This document shows positions 29,257 through 39,391 of a DNA stretch of 64,000 nucleotides, one piece after another (position 1 is the first letter of the stretch; the number at the start of each line of letters is the position of its first letter). Below the pieces are notes generated by a model. That model searched no databases, had not been told where the DNA came from, and saw only the letters and a program-made list of their open reading frames with translations. The DNA comes from a virus. The DNA is taken from positions 32,001 through 96,000 of the IMG/VR virus record IMGVR_UViG_3300031972_002122; one strand, 5' to 3'. The position numbers were made by a program, and so were the translations under genes.

Positions 29257-31793
29257 TGTTTCAGAACATATATTATGATAGATTTAATGAAGAAATACAT
29301 CTGTGGGATGACGAGTTGGGATATAACCGATTCCCATATAAAAAGTATGCATATCTAGTCGACCCAGACGGTAAGTATAAAACCATGGACGGGAAGAATG
29401 TTCGCAAAGTTACTTCGTGGAGTAAGGATGCTGAAACTCTTGGTATGGTTTATGAGGGGGATGTGAAGCCAGAGATGCGAACGCTTATCGACCTATATGG
29501 TGAGAGTGATGAAATATCTACAAATCACTGTGTGTTCTTTTTTGATATTGAGGTTGCCAAGGAGGGGAAGTGGAGCACTCCAGATGAGGCTAAAAATACA
29601 ATCACGTCAATTTCCTACTACGATTCTATTAGTAAACGATATACTTGTCTAATCTTGGACAGGTTGGATAGAATCAAGGACGGGGTAATTGCTGGTAGTG
29701 AAGTGAAGCGATTCAGTACCGAACGGGAAATGTTACTATACTTCATTGAGGTTTGGAATTCGCTACCCATTAGTATCGTGACTGGGTGGAATGTTTTGTG
29801 GTACGATTTAGTGTACCTATATAACCGTATTGAGCGTATAATCGGCAAAGGTCAGGGTAAATGGTTGAGTCCAATTAAACGGGTTGACTATTACACTACT
29901 AGACGTGGTGATAAAGTATTTAAAATCGGTGGAATTAGTATTCTTGATTATATGCAGTTATATAAAGAGTTTACATACACTGAGCAATCTAGTTATGCGC
30001 TAGATGCCATATCTAAATACGAACTTGGAAGGGGTAAAGTAGATTATGAGAAGGATTTAGATCACTTGTTTGAGACTGATCCTGTAAAGTTCATCGAATA
30101 TAACGTTGAAGACGTTAGACTGATCGTCGACTTAGATGATAAGTTAGATTTTATAGCAATAGCGATGGGTACATGTCATAAAGGACACGTCCCATATGAA
30201 GACGTTTTCTTCACATCGAGGTATATGGAAGGTGCGTGTCTTACCGAAACTAAGAAGCGTGGGATCATCGCTACGAGGAGTAATCGGGATAGTGGGGGTA
30301 AGGCTAAGGGGGCATTCGTTAAGTCCAGTAGACCCGGACGATATGAGTGGGTATATGACCTTGATTTAACCTCACTATACCCATCAAATATTATGTCATT
30401 AAATATTTCACCCGAGACTAAAGTTGCTAAGATAATAGACTGGAGCTCGGAAGACTATTTACAAGATGTTGATCGAGATTTCACGATGGAACATTTCTTG
30501 CCTGATGGGGAATCTCAAATGGCTAATATTCCACTTAAAAAAATACGTAAATTTTTAGAAGATACTGGTTACAGTATTGCTGCTAATGGTGTCATATACC
30601 AGACCAAAACTCAGGGATTGATTCCAAGTCTTTTAGATATGTGGTTCGGGGAGCGGAAAGCATATAGGAAACTTGCTAGTGAAGCGCATGAGCGGGGGGA
30701 CATGGAAACGTATGGATATTACAACCGTAAGCAGAAGATTCAAAAAGTATTACTGAACTCACTGTATGGAGTTTTACTACTGCCTGTATTCAGGTTTTAC
30801 GATAAAGATAATGGTGAAGCGGTTACATTGACTGGTCAGCAGTTGATTCACTTCACAACTAAAATGGCTAATCATTTTTATAATAAGGAGTTAGGGACTG
30901 ACGGTATCGATTACTGTTTATATACAGATACCGATTCGGTTTTTTACGAATCCATGCCGATAATTAATCATCGTTATGGTAAGGTAGATGAAGCCGACAT
31001 CCCAGAGCTATCAATTCAAGTAGCAACTGAAGTTCAGAATTTTATCAATAAAGCGTATGATGTGTACGCTGAAAAGTTTCACAACATAACTGAACATCGG
31101 TGGGATATTAAGCAGGAGCTAATAGCTAGGAGGGCGTTCTGGGGTGCTGCGAAGAAGCGGTATGCCATGTGGATTGTTCGTGAGGGTAACGAGGTGAAGG
31201 ATGAGGCTGATATTAAAGGATTTGACTCGGTTAGAAGTAGTTTCCCAAAACTATTTAGATCGTTCATGGAAGAACTTATTATTGACATTTTGCATGATGG
31301 AGACCCAGCGTCGTTAAATAGTAAAATAATTCAATTTAAGCGTCAACTATTTGATTATGATGTCATGGATATAATGAATCCAACTTCGGTGAAAGACATT
31401 GACAAGTGGCGACCTATGAAGAAGGGTATTGATGGGGGTGACGTTGTGGATAAGGGAGTGCGGTTTATGAAATCTACACCGATACATGTAAAATCTGCAA
31501 TGAATTATAATCGACTCATGGAGGCGTTGGGAATAAATTCGGCACCTAATGTTGAGAATGGTGATAAGATATTATGGACATATTTAAAAGATAATCCGTA
31601 CGATTTCAACACAATTTCGCTGATGGGTTATGATGATCCAGAAAAAATTGTTACATTTGTCAACAAGTATATAAATCGGGATAAACTTTTTGATAAGGCA
31701 CTCGGTGGAAAACTTCAATCTATTTGGGATGATTTGGGATGGGGTAGAATTGTGATGAATCCTAATGTATCTAAATTTTTTATATTCGATTAG
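29256..31793 (+). CDS. Family-B DNA polymerase (gp43-like)
   Basis: Exo motifs FDIE, TGWN..YD, YN..DV; pol motifs DLTSLYPS, K..LNSLYG, YTDTDS, KKRY. Confidence 0.97.
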   Translation: MFQNIYYDRFNEEIHLWDDELGYNRFPYKKYAYLVDPDGKYKTMDGKNVRKVTSWSKDAETLGMVYEGDVKPEMRTLIDLYGESDEISTNHCVFFFDIEVAKEGKWSTPDEAKNTITSISYYDSISKRYTCLILDRLDRIKDGVIAGSEVKRFSTEREMLLYFIEVWNSLPISIVTGWNVLWYDLVYLYNRIERIIGKGQGKWLSPIKRVDYYTTRRGDKVFKIGGISILDYMQLYKEFTYTEQSSYALDAISKYELGRGKVDYEKDLDHLFETDPVKFIEYNVEDVRLIVDLDDKLDFIAIAMGTCHKGHVPYEDVFFTSRYMEGACLTETKKRGIIATRSNRDSGGKAKGAFVKSSRPGRYEWVYDLDLTSLYPSNIMSLNISPETKVAKIIDWSSEDYLQDVDRDFTMEHFLPDGESQMANIPLKKIRKFLEDTGYSIAANGVIYQTKTQGLIPSLLDMWFGERKAYRKLASEAHERGDMETYGYYNRKQKIQKVLLNSLYGVLLLPVFRFYDKDNGEAVTLTGQQLIHFTTKMANHFYNKELGTDGIDYCLYTDTDSVFYESMPIINHRYGKVDEADIPELSIQVATEVQNFINKAYDVYAEKFHNITEHRWDIKQELIARRAFWGAAKKRYAMWIVREGNEVKDEADIKGFDSVRSSFPKLFRSFMEELIIDILHDGDPASLNSKIIQFKRQLFDYDVMDIMNPTSVKDIDKWRPMKKGIDGGDVVDKGVRFMKSTPIHVKSAMNYNRLMEALGINSAPNVENGDKILWTYLKDNPYDFNTISLMGYDDPEKIVTFVNKYINRDKLFDKALGGKLQSIWDDLGWGRIVMNPNVSKFFIFD

Positions 31794-31794
31794 T

Positions 31795-32523
31795 ATGGAT
31801 AAAGTGTTATTGCATCGGGTTATAGGTTCTGGTTTTATACGTGGTATTTGCGATCGTGCGGTTTTATTTTTTGATGGTCGTAATCTATGTTGTGAGTTTA
31901 TTTCTGAGAATAAAATATTAACTGGACGTGTTGTGTCTGTTAAATTTAACGACGGTAATAACTTTATAGGAGAGCATAAAATAGGTCTACCGAGTATTGA
32001 TTCGTTTCTGAAAATGCTAAAAACGCTTGGTGATGACGTAACTGCTGAAGTTGAACGTGAGGGTAGGGATGAGCGATATCTGATTTTGGGTGATGGAACA
32101 TTGCAGATGAAGTACGGACTGATAACAAATAGTCAGATGCCTAAAATACCTAGAATATCCATGGAAGCACTATCTAAAAATCCAGTTAAACTTCCAGTTG
32201 ATAAAGATTTTATTACTAAGTTTCATAAATTGTCTGGGGCTATTAAAGATTGTAAATATTTATTCGTCAAGACTGATGGATCAAATATTGATTTAATCCT
32301 ATCCCAGTCCGAAGATTATGAAACTGGTGCAAAGATGACCTACCCAATTGATGGCGGGGAAACTATAGAAACTTTAGTGTTTGACACAAAAACATTTAGA
32401 GGTGTTCTATATAATAATCGACATTGTGGTCGTGGTGTTATTGAATTTCATAGTGGTGGGTTGGCTGAAATCAATTTCTTTTCTGAAAATATTAAAACAA
32501 ACTACCATATATTAGCAGAATAA
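31795..32523 (+). CDS. Probable sliding clamp (gp45/PCNA-like)
   Basis: ~242-aa two-domain beta-rich ORF immediately after PolB; ends G...I.F......NYHI. Confidence 0.55.
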   Translation: MDKVLLHRVIGSGFIRGICDRAVLFFDGRNLCCEFISENKILTGRVVSVKFNDGNNFIGEHKIGLPSIDSFLKMLKTLGDDVTAEVEREGRDERYLILGDGTLQMKYGLITNSQMPKIPRISMEALSKNPVKLPVDKDFITKFHKLSGAIKDCKYLFVKTDGSNIDLILSQSEDYETGAKMTYPIDGGETIETLVFDTKTFRGVLYNNRHCGRGVIEFHSGGLAEINFFSENIKTNYHILAE

Positions 32524-32552
32524 TTTAACTTTAAACTTATTACAAGATAGAT

Positions 32553-32789
32553 ATGATTTATGAAACTGGGACAGTATTGATGGAGAAGCAAGTAACTGAT
32601 GAATTTTTGATCATGCTTGGTTATTCTAAAATGATAGGCGGTGAACCGTCTACGTGTTCATGTTTAGTCGTTACACCTAACGCTGATAATACTCGGGCGA
32701 GAGTCAGGGGTATAAAATTTGTCAGTGAAGATGACTTAGTTATGGTGGATCGACCAGTGTGGGCAGATTATATTAATGTTTCTTGGTAA
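32553..32789 (+). CDS. Hypothetical protein
   Basis: 78-aa ORF in operon. Confidence 0.6.
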   Translation: MIYETGTVLMEKQVTDEFLIMLGYSKMIGGEPSTCSCLVVTPNADNTRARVRGIKFVSEDDLVMVDRPVWADYINVSW

Positions 32790-32805
32790 TTAAAATAGAT
32801 TATTT

Positions 32806-33195
32806 ATGAGTGTAATTAAAAAAACAGTGGTGCAGTTCACTGATGGTAAGTGCCATAGTTTAAATCTTGAAGTTATGGTAGATGACTCGGATTTATCGTT
32901 AGTGAATATACTAACTGATTTGAAGGTAGCGTTACCAATGGGTGATGTAGCAACGCAGCGGATGATTCCTGAATGTGTGGACGGTGATGGTTTAGTATTC
33001 CTAACTGAAGTTGCCGATGGTATTTACCGACCGAGTGTAGATGATATTGAGGCGTGTTACTATGATGATGTCGGTCTCCCACCACACGTTAAGAATTATT
33101 ATGAGGGCGTCGTGGTCTTCGATAAAGAAAATTTCACTGAAGCCCTGTCGGGTGGGTATGAAAGTATTATATCAATATCAATTATTTCAAATTAA
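32806..33195 (+). CDS. Hypothetical protein
   Basis: 129-aa ORF in operon. Confidence 0.6.
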   Translation: MSVIKKTVVQFTDGKCHSLNLEVMVDDSDLSLVNILTDLKVALPMGDVATQRMIPECVDGDGLVFLTEVADGIYRPSVDDIEACYYDDVGLPPHVKNYYEGVVVFDKENFTEALSGGYESIISISIISN

Positions 33196-33205
33196 ATTTT
33201 AACAA

Positions 33206-33406
33206 ATGAGTTATTACAACGTGAAAGTGAATGTCACTACTGAAAGTGACAAGGGTCAAATTAAGCAGAAGTCAGAATTGTACTTGGTTGAGGCTGAGAG
33301 TGTAACGGAAGCTGAGGCTAAGATGTACAAAGATTTTGAGGGATATAATGACGATTGGGAAGTCGTTTCGACTGTTAAGACCAAAATTATTAAGGTAGTA
33401 GAATGA
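33206..33406 (+). CDS. DUF4494-like small protein
   Basis: Y.VKV....E...G..K...E.YLV.AES.TEAE pattern recalled for DUF4494 (Bacteroidota). Confidence 0.65.
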   Translation: MSYYNVKVNVTTESDKGQIKQKSELYLVEAESVTEAEAKMYKDFEGYNDDWEVVSTVKTKIIKVVE

Positions 33407-34515
33407 TTCATATCATTGATTATATAAACACTGACGCTCGTCATATGGATCATTGGAGGACTGTAGTTCCCCAAGCATTGATAGATGCTGGGCACGAGGT
33501 GAATGTAATCAGTGGTACTGATGAGCATCTAGCTGCGTCGGAATGGAATCTCCTCGGGGAAATGTTTTATAAAACAACTCAGTTTGCTACATTGCATGAT
33601 GAAATTGTGACTGGGGGAATTTCTCGAGGAGATATCTTAATAATCGGTGATGCTTGGAATCCTACGATTATATCGCTAAAATACATCCAATTGATAATGA
33701 ATCTTGATGTCGTAGTGATTGGTATGTGGCGGGATGGGTTATTCGATCTTAATAGTAAAATCAGAACTGGACTATTGAGAAAGCCTAAGCATTGGGCTAG
33801 ATCGTTCGAACGAGCCTTATATAAAGCATATGATTATAACTGCTTTATTACCGACAGTCAACATAAACGATTCATGAATCGGTATCGATATAACGAAACC
33901 AGTGAATCGTTAGTTACTGGTCTACCATATCAGAAGTTAATAGAGTTAAGATCACAATATAGCGTGGTTGACAAGGAAAATATAATAGTTCTACCACATG
34001 ACTCTGCAGATTCTGATCAACGGAAAATATTTGGGGCTTTAAAAAATTACTTAACGGACTTCACGTTTATCGACTGTTATGAATTGCAATTGTCTAGTAG
34101 TGAGTACTATTCAATACTGAATCGGGCTAAAGCTGTAATGGCTATTAATTTATCAGAGACCGATCCGACTAATATATACGAAGCTATGTTGTTCGGTTGT
34201 GTCCCAATCATACCCGACGCGCTGATTTATTCGGATATATTCCCCGAACAATATTGGTATCCAACACACTACACTCAACCACCGTTTATGAACTTTGTTA
34301 GGGGTCGAGAATATATGCATAGACATATTAAGGATGTGATGGAGAATTACGATCAACTAAAACCAGAAAAATCCGTAGTTGACGCTATTGGGAATACATA
34401 TTTTAACAATGACGGATTATTACAATTAGTTAATAAAATAAAGAAAGATTATGCTACAAAACCAAGGAAACGGGTTAGACCTCAACGTAAATTTAAGCGA
34501 AGCCGAAACAATTAA
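33403..34515 (+). CDS. GT-B glycosyltransferase-like protein
   Basis: DAWNPTII.LKY...G.W..G..D N-domain; YY.IL..AK......ET......EA...G..P.IPD C-terminal GT motif. Confidence 0.65.
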   Translation: MIHIIDYINTDARHMDHWRTVVPQALIDAGHEVNVISGTDEHLAASEWNLLGEMFYKTTQFATLHDEIVTGGISRGDILIIGDAWNPTIISLKYIQLIMNLDVVVIGMWRDGLFDLNSKIRTGLLRKPKHWARSFERALYKAYDYNCFITDSQHKRFMNRYRYNETSESLVTGLPYQKLIELRSQYSVVDKENIIVLPHDSADSDQRKIFGALKNYLTDFTFIDCYELQLSSSEYYSILNRAKAVMAINLSETDPTNIYEAMLFGCVPIIPDALIYSDIFPEQYWYPTHYTQPPFMNFVRGREYMHRHIKDVMENYDQLKPEKSVVDAIGNTYFNNDGLLQLVNKIKKDYATKPRKRVRPQRKFKRSRNN

Positions 34516-34726
34516 ATGTGAAAATTGTGACGGTAGACTATTCAGCCAACACTTTATATTGAAAAAGCTACCAAAGATAATGGTTGGTGCTCCAACGGAC
34601 ATCCCAGTACCAGTACCGATATGGACATGCGCTGGATGTGGTACTGTTAATTTAGACTTTATTCCTAGAGGGGTTGGTACCGCTGAAGAATTATTTGACC
34701 TTAAAAGCGATGACGACAATGAGTAA
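34451..34726 (+). CDS. Zinc-ribbon protein
   Basis: CENC...CAGC. Confidence 0.65.
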   Translation: MLQNQGNGLDLNVNLSEAETIKCENCDGRLFSQHFILKKLPKIMVGAPTDIPVPVPIWTCAGCGTVNLDFIPRGVGTAEELFDLKSDDDNE

Positions 34727-35009
34727 TGAATTAAGTAATTTCAATTTGATACGTCAGAACGAGAAAAATCGAGCATTGCGTGCAGTGTCTGGAAAGTTTA
34801 ATAATGTAGATAACTCAGAACCTGAGCACGGCGGTGATGAAGACGTGTATGATATACTGTCCGATCTAACAACGCTAAATTTATCATCTAGAACGTTGCG
34901 TCAACTTGTCGGTAGTCGTACAGATATTGAATCTTCGGACGTAATTAAACATCTCCGTGATATACAAGATCAATGCCGTGTAATTATCGGTAAGTTGGAG
35001 GGGATTTGA
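34719..35009 (+). CDS. Hypothetical protein
   Basis: ORF coupled to both neighbours; start set at ATG 34719. Confidence 0.55.
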   Translation: MSNELSNFNLIRQNEKNRALRAVSGKFNNVDNSEPEHGGDEDVYDILSDLTTLNLSSRTLRQLVGSRTDIESSDVIKHLRDIQDQCRVIIGKLEGI

Positions 35010-35920
35010 GAATATTGGGCGTTGACATACCAGAACGGAAGCGTGAAGACTTAGTAGTTTCTTACACGCAATTTTCTGCTTATCAAAAGTGTCCTAAGAG
35101 TTGGGAACTTAAATACGCTAAACGTCTGGGTAAGTACGAGCCCAATATTTATCTATTATTTGGAACTGTTATACACGATACCATTCAACTTTGGATTAAA
35201 AGTATGTTTGATGGTGACGAATCTTACGATTATGTTGATTGTTTTCGAAAAAACATGATGAGTGAATTCGATAAGTTGGTAACTCGGTGGGGAACTACTT
35301 TCACTGACTTGGATACACTCATGGAATTTCATGACGATGGTATAGAAATATTACATTACCTGAAACATACACTTAGGCGGTATTTTAATCCACGTAAATA
35401 TAATTTTTTAGGATTTGAGATACCCATCGTATATCAATGTGATGAGAGTAAGCCTAAACTTAAATTTCGTGGTCACTTGGATTTAGTATTTCAAGAGATC
35501 GGGAGTGGTAGATACATGATCATGGATATTAAGACTAGTACTAATGGGTGGGGTTTTTACCAACAGACAGACATGAGTAAACAGTCCCAACTTGTTCTAT
35601 ATAAATACTTTTTTTCCAAGATGTTTAACGTTCCAATCGACAACATCGACACGTTATATTTTATAGTTAAGCGCAAGCTCAAGGACGACACCCCGTGGGG
35701 AAATAGTAGAGTTCAGGAATATTCACCAATCCAAAGTACACAGGCGTGTGAGAGTATAGCCAACGAGTTTGAAACATTTGTTCGGGAGTCGTTTGATCAT
35801 GATGGAACTCCCAGAACTGATATAGAATACCCAGCGATTTCTGGTGACGATGGTAAGAACTGTAAATTTTGTGAATTTTCAGATTTCGAGGAGCACTGTC
35901 CTAAAAAAAATAGAAAATAG
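35006..35920 (+). CDS. PD-(D/E)XK exonuclease, Cas4/RecB/AddB-like with Fe-S cysteines
   Basis: SYTQ...Y.KCP, G..IH, GHLDL, DIKT, QL.LY, CKFC....HC. Confidence 0.88.
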   Translation: MRILGVDIPERKREDLVVSYTQFSAYQKCPKSWELKYAKRLGKYEPNIYLLFGTVIHDTIQLWIKSMFDGDESYDYVDCFRKNMMSEFDKLVTRWGTTFTDLDTLMEFHDDGIEILHYLKHTLRRYFNPRKYNFLGFEIPIVYQCDESKPKLKFRGHLDLVFQEIGSGRYMIMDIKTSTNGWGFYQQTDMSKQSQLVLYKYFFSKMFNVPIDNIDTLYFIVKRKLKDDTPWGNSRVQEYSPIQSTQACESIANEFETFVRESFDHDGTPRTDIEYPAISGDDGKNCKFCEFSDFEEHCPKKNRK

Positions 35921-35963
35921 TGCATATATACCTAGCGTGTATAAATTATTAAAAAGAATTTAT

Positions 35964-35972
35964 ATACTTATT
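35964..35972 (+). promoter_or_regulatory. Putative late promoter motif variant ATACTTATT
   Basis: 16 nt upstream of first gene of glycan island; the ATACTTAT core also occurs at 9923. Confidence 0.5.
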
Positions 35973-35988
35973 GTAAACTAGTTATTAT

Positions 35989-37479
35989 ATGCACAAAGTA
36001 AACTTACCTAAGTTAAAGCGAGTCGATCAAGACCGTCCTAAAAAGAAAAAAATCTTATTATTATCTGACGATTTACGAATGCATTCAGGGATTGCTACAA
36101 TGTCCCGAGAATTCGTTATCGGTACCTCTGACACATTTGATTGGGTACAATTAGGTGCCGCGTTGAAACACCCCGATCATGGTAAAGCTTTCGACGTTTC
36201 TGATGATGTTAATTTTAATAAAGGAATAGATCATTCGTCGGTTAAGATATATGCACATACTGGATATGGGAGTCCTGATGTTTTGCGAGAACTTGTGGAA
36301 ACTGAAAAACCAGACGCTATATTACATTTCACTGATCCTAGATTTTGGGGGTGGTTGTATGCGATGGAGCATGAGATTCGTACAAAAATGCAAATACCGA
36401 TCATGTACTACAATATATGGGATGCTCCACCAGCACCATTCTGGAATAAACCATTCTATCAGTCATGCGATCTTATAATGAACATAAGTAAGCAAACAAA
36501 CAATCTAGTTAAGTTAGTTTTAGGTGAGGATGGATATAAGGACATTAGTCAAGGCGATGGTGATGGTGATATTATGGTTTGCCATGTTCCACATGGTATA
36601 AACAAAACACAATATTTTAAAATCACGGAGGAGCATGCTGAGTGGGAAGAATATAAAGCCTTAGAGAAGAAATTTAAGGAGAGTCACGACGTAGATTTCA
36701 TATTCTTTTGGAATAATAGAAACATTCGCCGTAAGATGATGGGGGACTTGATTCTAGCATATAAACAGTTCTGTGACTCATTACCACCAGAACAGGCTAA
36801 GCGTGTAGCATTATTCATGCATACTCAAATGCGCGATCCGAATGGTACAGATATACCAGAAGTGGTTAGAGTTGTCTGTCCAGATCATAAAGTTATATTT
36901 AACGAAGAGAAGCTTCCAGTCAAAGCATTGAACATGTTTTACAACTTATCTGATGTGACCATTAATATAGCGTCGAATGAAGGATTTGGATTGTCTTCTG
37001 CTGAATCAATTATGACTGAAACTCCTGTATTAAATAATACGACAGGTGGGCTCCAAGATCAGGTTAGATTCGAGGATGAAAATGGTGATTGGCTTACATT
37101 TAATAAGCAATTTACTAGTAACCACGCTGGTACATATACGAAACATGGTGCATGGGCTAAGGTAGTATTCCCGTCCAATCGATCATTGCAAGGATCGGTT
37201 GTAACTCCTTACATATTTGATGATCGATGTAATTTTTCTGACGTAGCTGAGCAGATGGCTGCTTGGTATGCTACTAGTAAATCTGAGCGAGATGAAGCTG
37301 GTAGAGCTGGGCGTGAATGGTTACTATCTGAGGAATCTGGAATGTCGGCGGATGAAATGTCGAACCGTATGCGGGATGCGATATTAACGTGTCTGGATGG
37401 ATGGGTTCGTAGAGAACGATTTGAATTGATTAAAGTAACTGATAAAGAAAAGATAACAGAGGCGGGTATCGTCTGGTAA
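35989..37479 (+). CDS. Glycosyltransferase, GT4-like
   Basis: ILLLSDD....SG.A, VPHG, NRNIRRK, NEGFGL..AES......V.N.TGG. Confidence 0.9.
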   Translation: MHKVNLPKLKRVDQDRPKKKKILLLSDDLRMHSGIATMSREFVIGTSDTFDWVQLGAALKHPDHGKAFDVSDDVNFNKGIDHSSVKIYAHTGYGSPDVLRELVETEKPDAILHFTDPRFWGWLYAMEHEIRTKMQIPIMYYNIWDAPPAPFWNKPFYQSCDLIMNISKQTNNLVKLVLGEDGYKDISQGDGDGDIMVCHVPHGINKTQYFKITEEHAEWEEYKALEKKFKESHDVDFIFFWNNRNIRRKMMGDLILAYKQFCDSLPPEQAKRVALFMHTQMRDPNGTDIPEVVRVVCPDHKVIFNEEKLPVKALNMFYNLSDVTINIASNEGFGLSSAESIMTETPVLNNTTGGLQDQVRFEDENGDWLTFNKQFTSNHAGTYTKHGAWAKVVFPSNRSLQGSVVTPYIFDDRCNFSDVAEQMAAWYATSKSERDEAGRAGREWLLSEESGMSADEMSNRMRDAILTCLDGWVRRERFELIKVTDKEKITEAGIVW

Positions 37480-37490
37480 AACGAGTATAA

Positions 37491-38870
37491 ATGAGTAAAA
37501 AAACAGTAGTAATAGCAGGAAGTGTAACGACTCGGTCGGGTTATGGTGCGCATGCACGTGATATCGCCAGAGCACTGATACTGTCCGATAAGTATGATGT
37601 TAGTATAATTCCCATTAAGTGGGGAAGCACTCCACAGGATGCGCTTGATCCTGATGATGCGGATGATAAATTGATACTTGATAGGTTGGTAGCACCACAG
37701 CTACAAGCTCAACCTGATGTATTCATACATCTATCCATTCCGAATGAATTCCAAAGGGCTGGAAAATTTAATATAGGCATCACGGCTGGTATAGAAACGA
37801 CTGCGTGTCGAGCTGAATGGATTGAAGGGTGTAACCGGATGGATTTAGTATTAGCAACGTCTGAACATTCCAAAAAAGTATTTGAGATAACTAGATTTGA
37901 GAAGCGAGACACGGCGACTCAACAAATAGTTGATGTTATCCAATTGACTAGACCAGTTGAAGTGTTATTTGAGGGGATTAGACCAGAAATATACAATAAG
38001 AAGATAAACCCAAAATCTCCTATAGTAAAATCCTTGAATGAAATACCAGAAGATTTTTGTTTTCTATTTGTAGGTCACTGGCTGCAAGGTGATTTGGGTC
38101 AGGATCGGAAAGATGTCGGTGGACTTGTTAGGACATTTCTAGAATCATTCAAGCGAAAGAATAGTCGGAATATGCCAGCACTGGTCATGAAAACTAGTCA
38201 AGCTGGATTTTCTGTAACTGAGCGTAAAGTTATTTTGGATAAGTTATCCGATTTAAGAGCCATGGTTCGGGGTGCTGGTTGGGAGCGCGAGCTTCCACCG
38301 ATATATGTATTGCATGGTAACCTTACTGACTCTGAAATGAACGATCTGTATAATCATAAAAAGATTAAGGCGATGGTTTCATTCACAAAGGGGGAAGGTT
38401 TTGGTAGACCACTTCTAGAATTCACAACAACTGGTAAGCCAGTTATAGCGTCTGGGTGGTCAGGTCAACTAGACTTCTTACATCCAGATTATAGCGTTGT
38501 CCTACGTGGACAACTGACGCCTGTACACGAATCGGCTACTAACGAATGGATTGTTGAAGGTTCGCAATGGTTTACTGTTAATTATCAATTAGCTAGTCAG
38601 GTTATGCTAGACCTTCATAAGCGGTATGATGAATACTTGAAGAAATCTAGAAAGCATAGAAAGTACACCATGGATAATTTTTCATTTGACAAGATGATTA
38701 ATAAATTATGTGATTATATTGATCGTGTTGAGGACTATTCTAAACTTGAACGTAAGATACCGAAGGCACCACAGCAGACTCAATTGAATCTTCCAAAGTT
38801 ATCTAAGACTGGCAACATTCAGAAGCCTGTTACTAAGAAAATTAATTTACCGAAATTAAAAAAGGTATAA
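37491..38870 (+). CDS. Glycosyltransferase, GT4-like
   Basis: SGYG.HAR, RKDV, GEGFGRPLLE...GKPVIASGWSG. Confidence 0.9.
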   Translation: MSKKTVVIAGSVTTRSGYGAHARDIARALILSDKYDVSIIPIKWGSTPQDALDPDDADDKLILDRLVAPQLQAQPDVFIHLSIPNEFQRAGKFNIGITAGIETTACRAEWIEGCNRMDLVLATSEHSKKVFEITRFEKRDTATQQIVDVIQLTRPVEVLFEGIRPEIYNKKINPKSPIVKSLNEIPEDFCFLFVGHWLQGDLGQDRKDVGGLVRTFLESFKRKNSRNMPALVMKTSQAGFSVTERKVILDKLSDLRAMVRGAGWERELPPIYVLHGNLTDSEMNDLYNHKKIKAMVSFTKGEGFGRPLLEFTTTGKPVIASGWSGQLDFLHPDYSVVLRGQLTPVHESATNEWIVEGSQWFTVNYQLASQVMLDLHKRYDEYLKKSRKHRKYTMDNFSFDKMINKLCDYIDRVEDYSKLERKIPKAPQQTQLNLPKLSKTGNIQKPVTKKINLPKLKKV

Positions 38871-38872
38871 AC

Positions 38873-39391
38873 ATGAGAATTACATATGATGAGGTTTCCC
38901 CGTTTACTGGGAATCGGCGAGTGATGATTGAACCAGACCCAGAGAAGCAAGATAACATGAAAGTGTGTATGGATACTGGTTATCACACATACGCTGAGAG
39001 TTGGAAAAAGGAATCGGATGTGATCGATATCATCGAGAACACATTCCCATCTATATTATTAGACACTAAACGTGTGATGGATGATGGCAACATCTGGTAT
39101 AAATTAATGTTAGTTACGCCATTTGTTATGTTGATACCTGAAAGGTTTGGTGATAATGAAAGTGTGTGGGCTATATATGCGCTCAAAAATGGCAACCCAG
39201 AAACTGACGAGATCGTAATGGAAATTGCTGCAGTAGATGGGACACCACTTTATAGGTCGATTGATGTTGATACTCGAAAAGAATTCCCAGACGAAAAATT
39301 TGAACTTGCCATGGACGCATTTCAAAGCGTCGGGGCTGCAGTGTATGGTAAAATATTTGAAATGGCAAAATCTGAAACGGAAGCTGAATGA
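38873..39391 (+). CDS. Hypothetical protein in glycan island
   Basis: 172-aa ORF between GT genes. Confidence 0.7.
   Translation: MRITYDEVSPFTGNRRVMIEPDPEKQDNMKVCMDTGYHTYAESWKKESDVIDIIENTFPSILLDTKRVMDDGNIWYKLMLVTPFVMLIPERFGDNESVWAIYALKNGNPETDEIVMEIAAVDGTPLYRSIDVDTRKEFPDEKFELAMDAFQSVGAAVYGKIFEMAKSETEAE

Noticed and set aside
23794-31793. Inteins/introns in helicase, RNR or PolB
   Set aside because: Lengths and motif spacing are normal; no intein splice-junction or LAGLIDADG motifs noticed
35006-35920. Cas4-like nuclease suggesting CRISPR-Cas
   Set aside because: No repeat-spacer array or other cas genes seen; solo Cas4/RecB-like nucleases are common in phage replication modules
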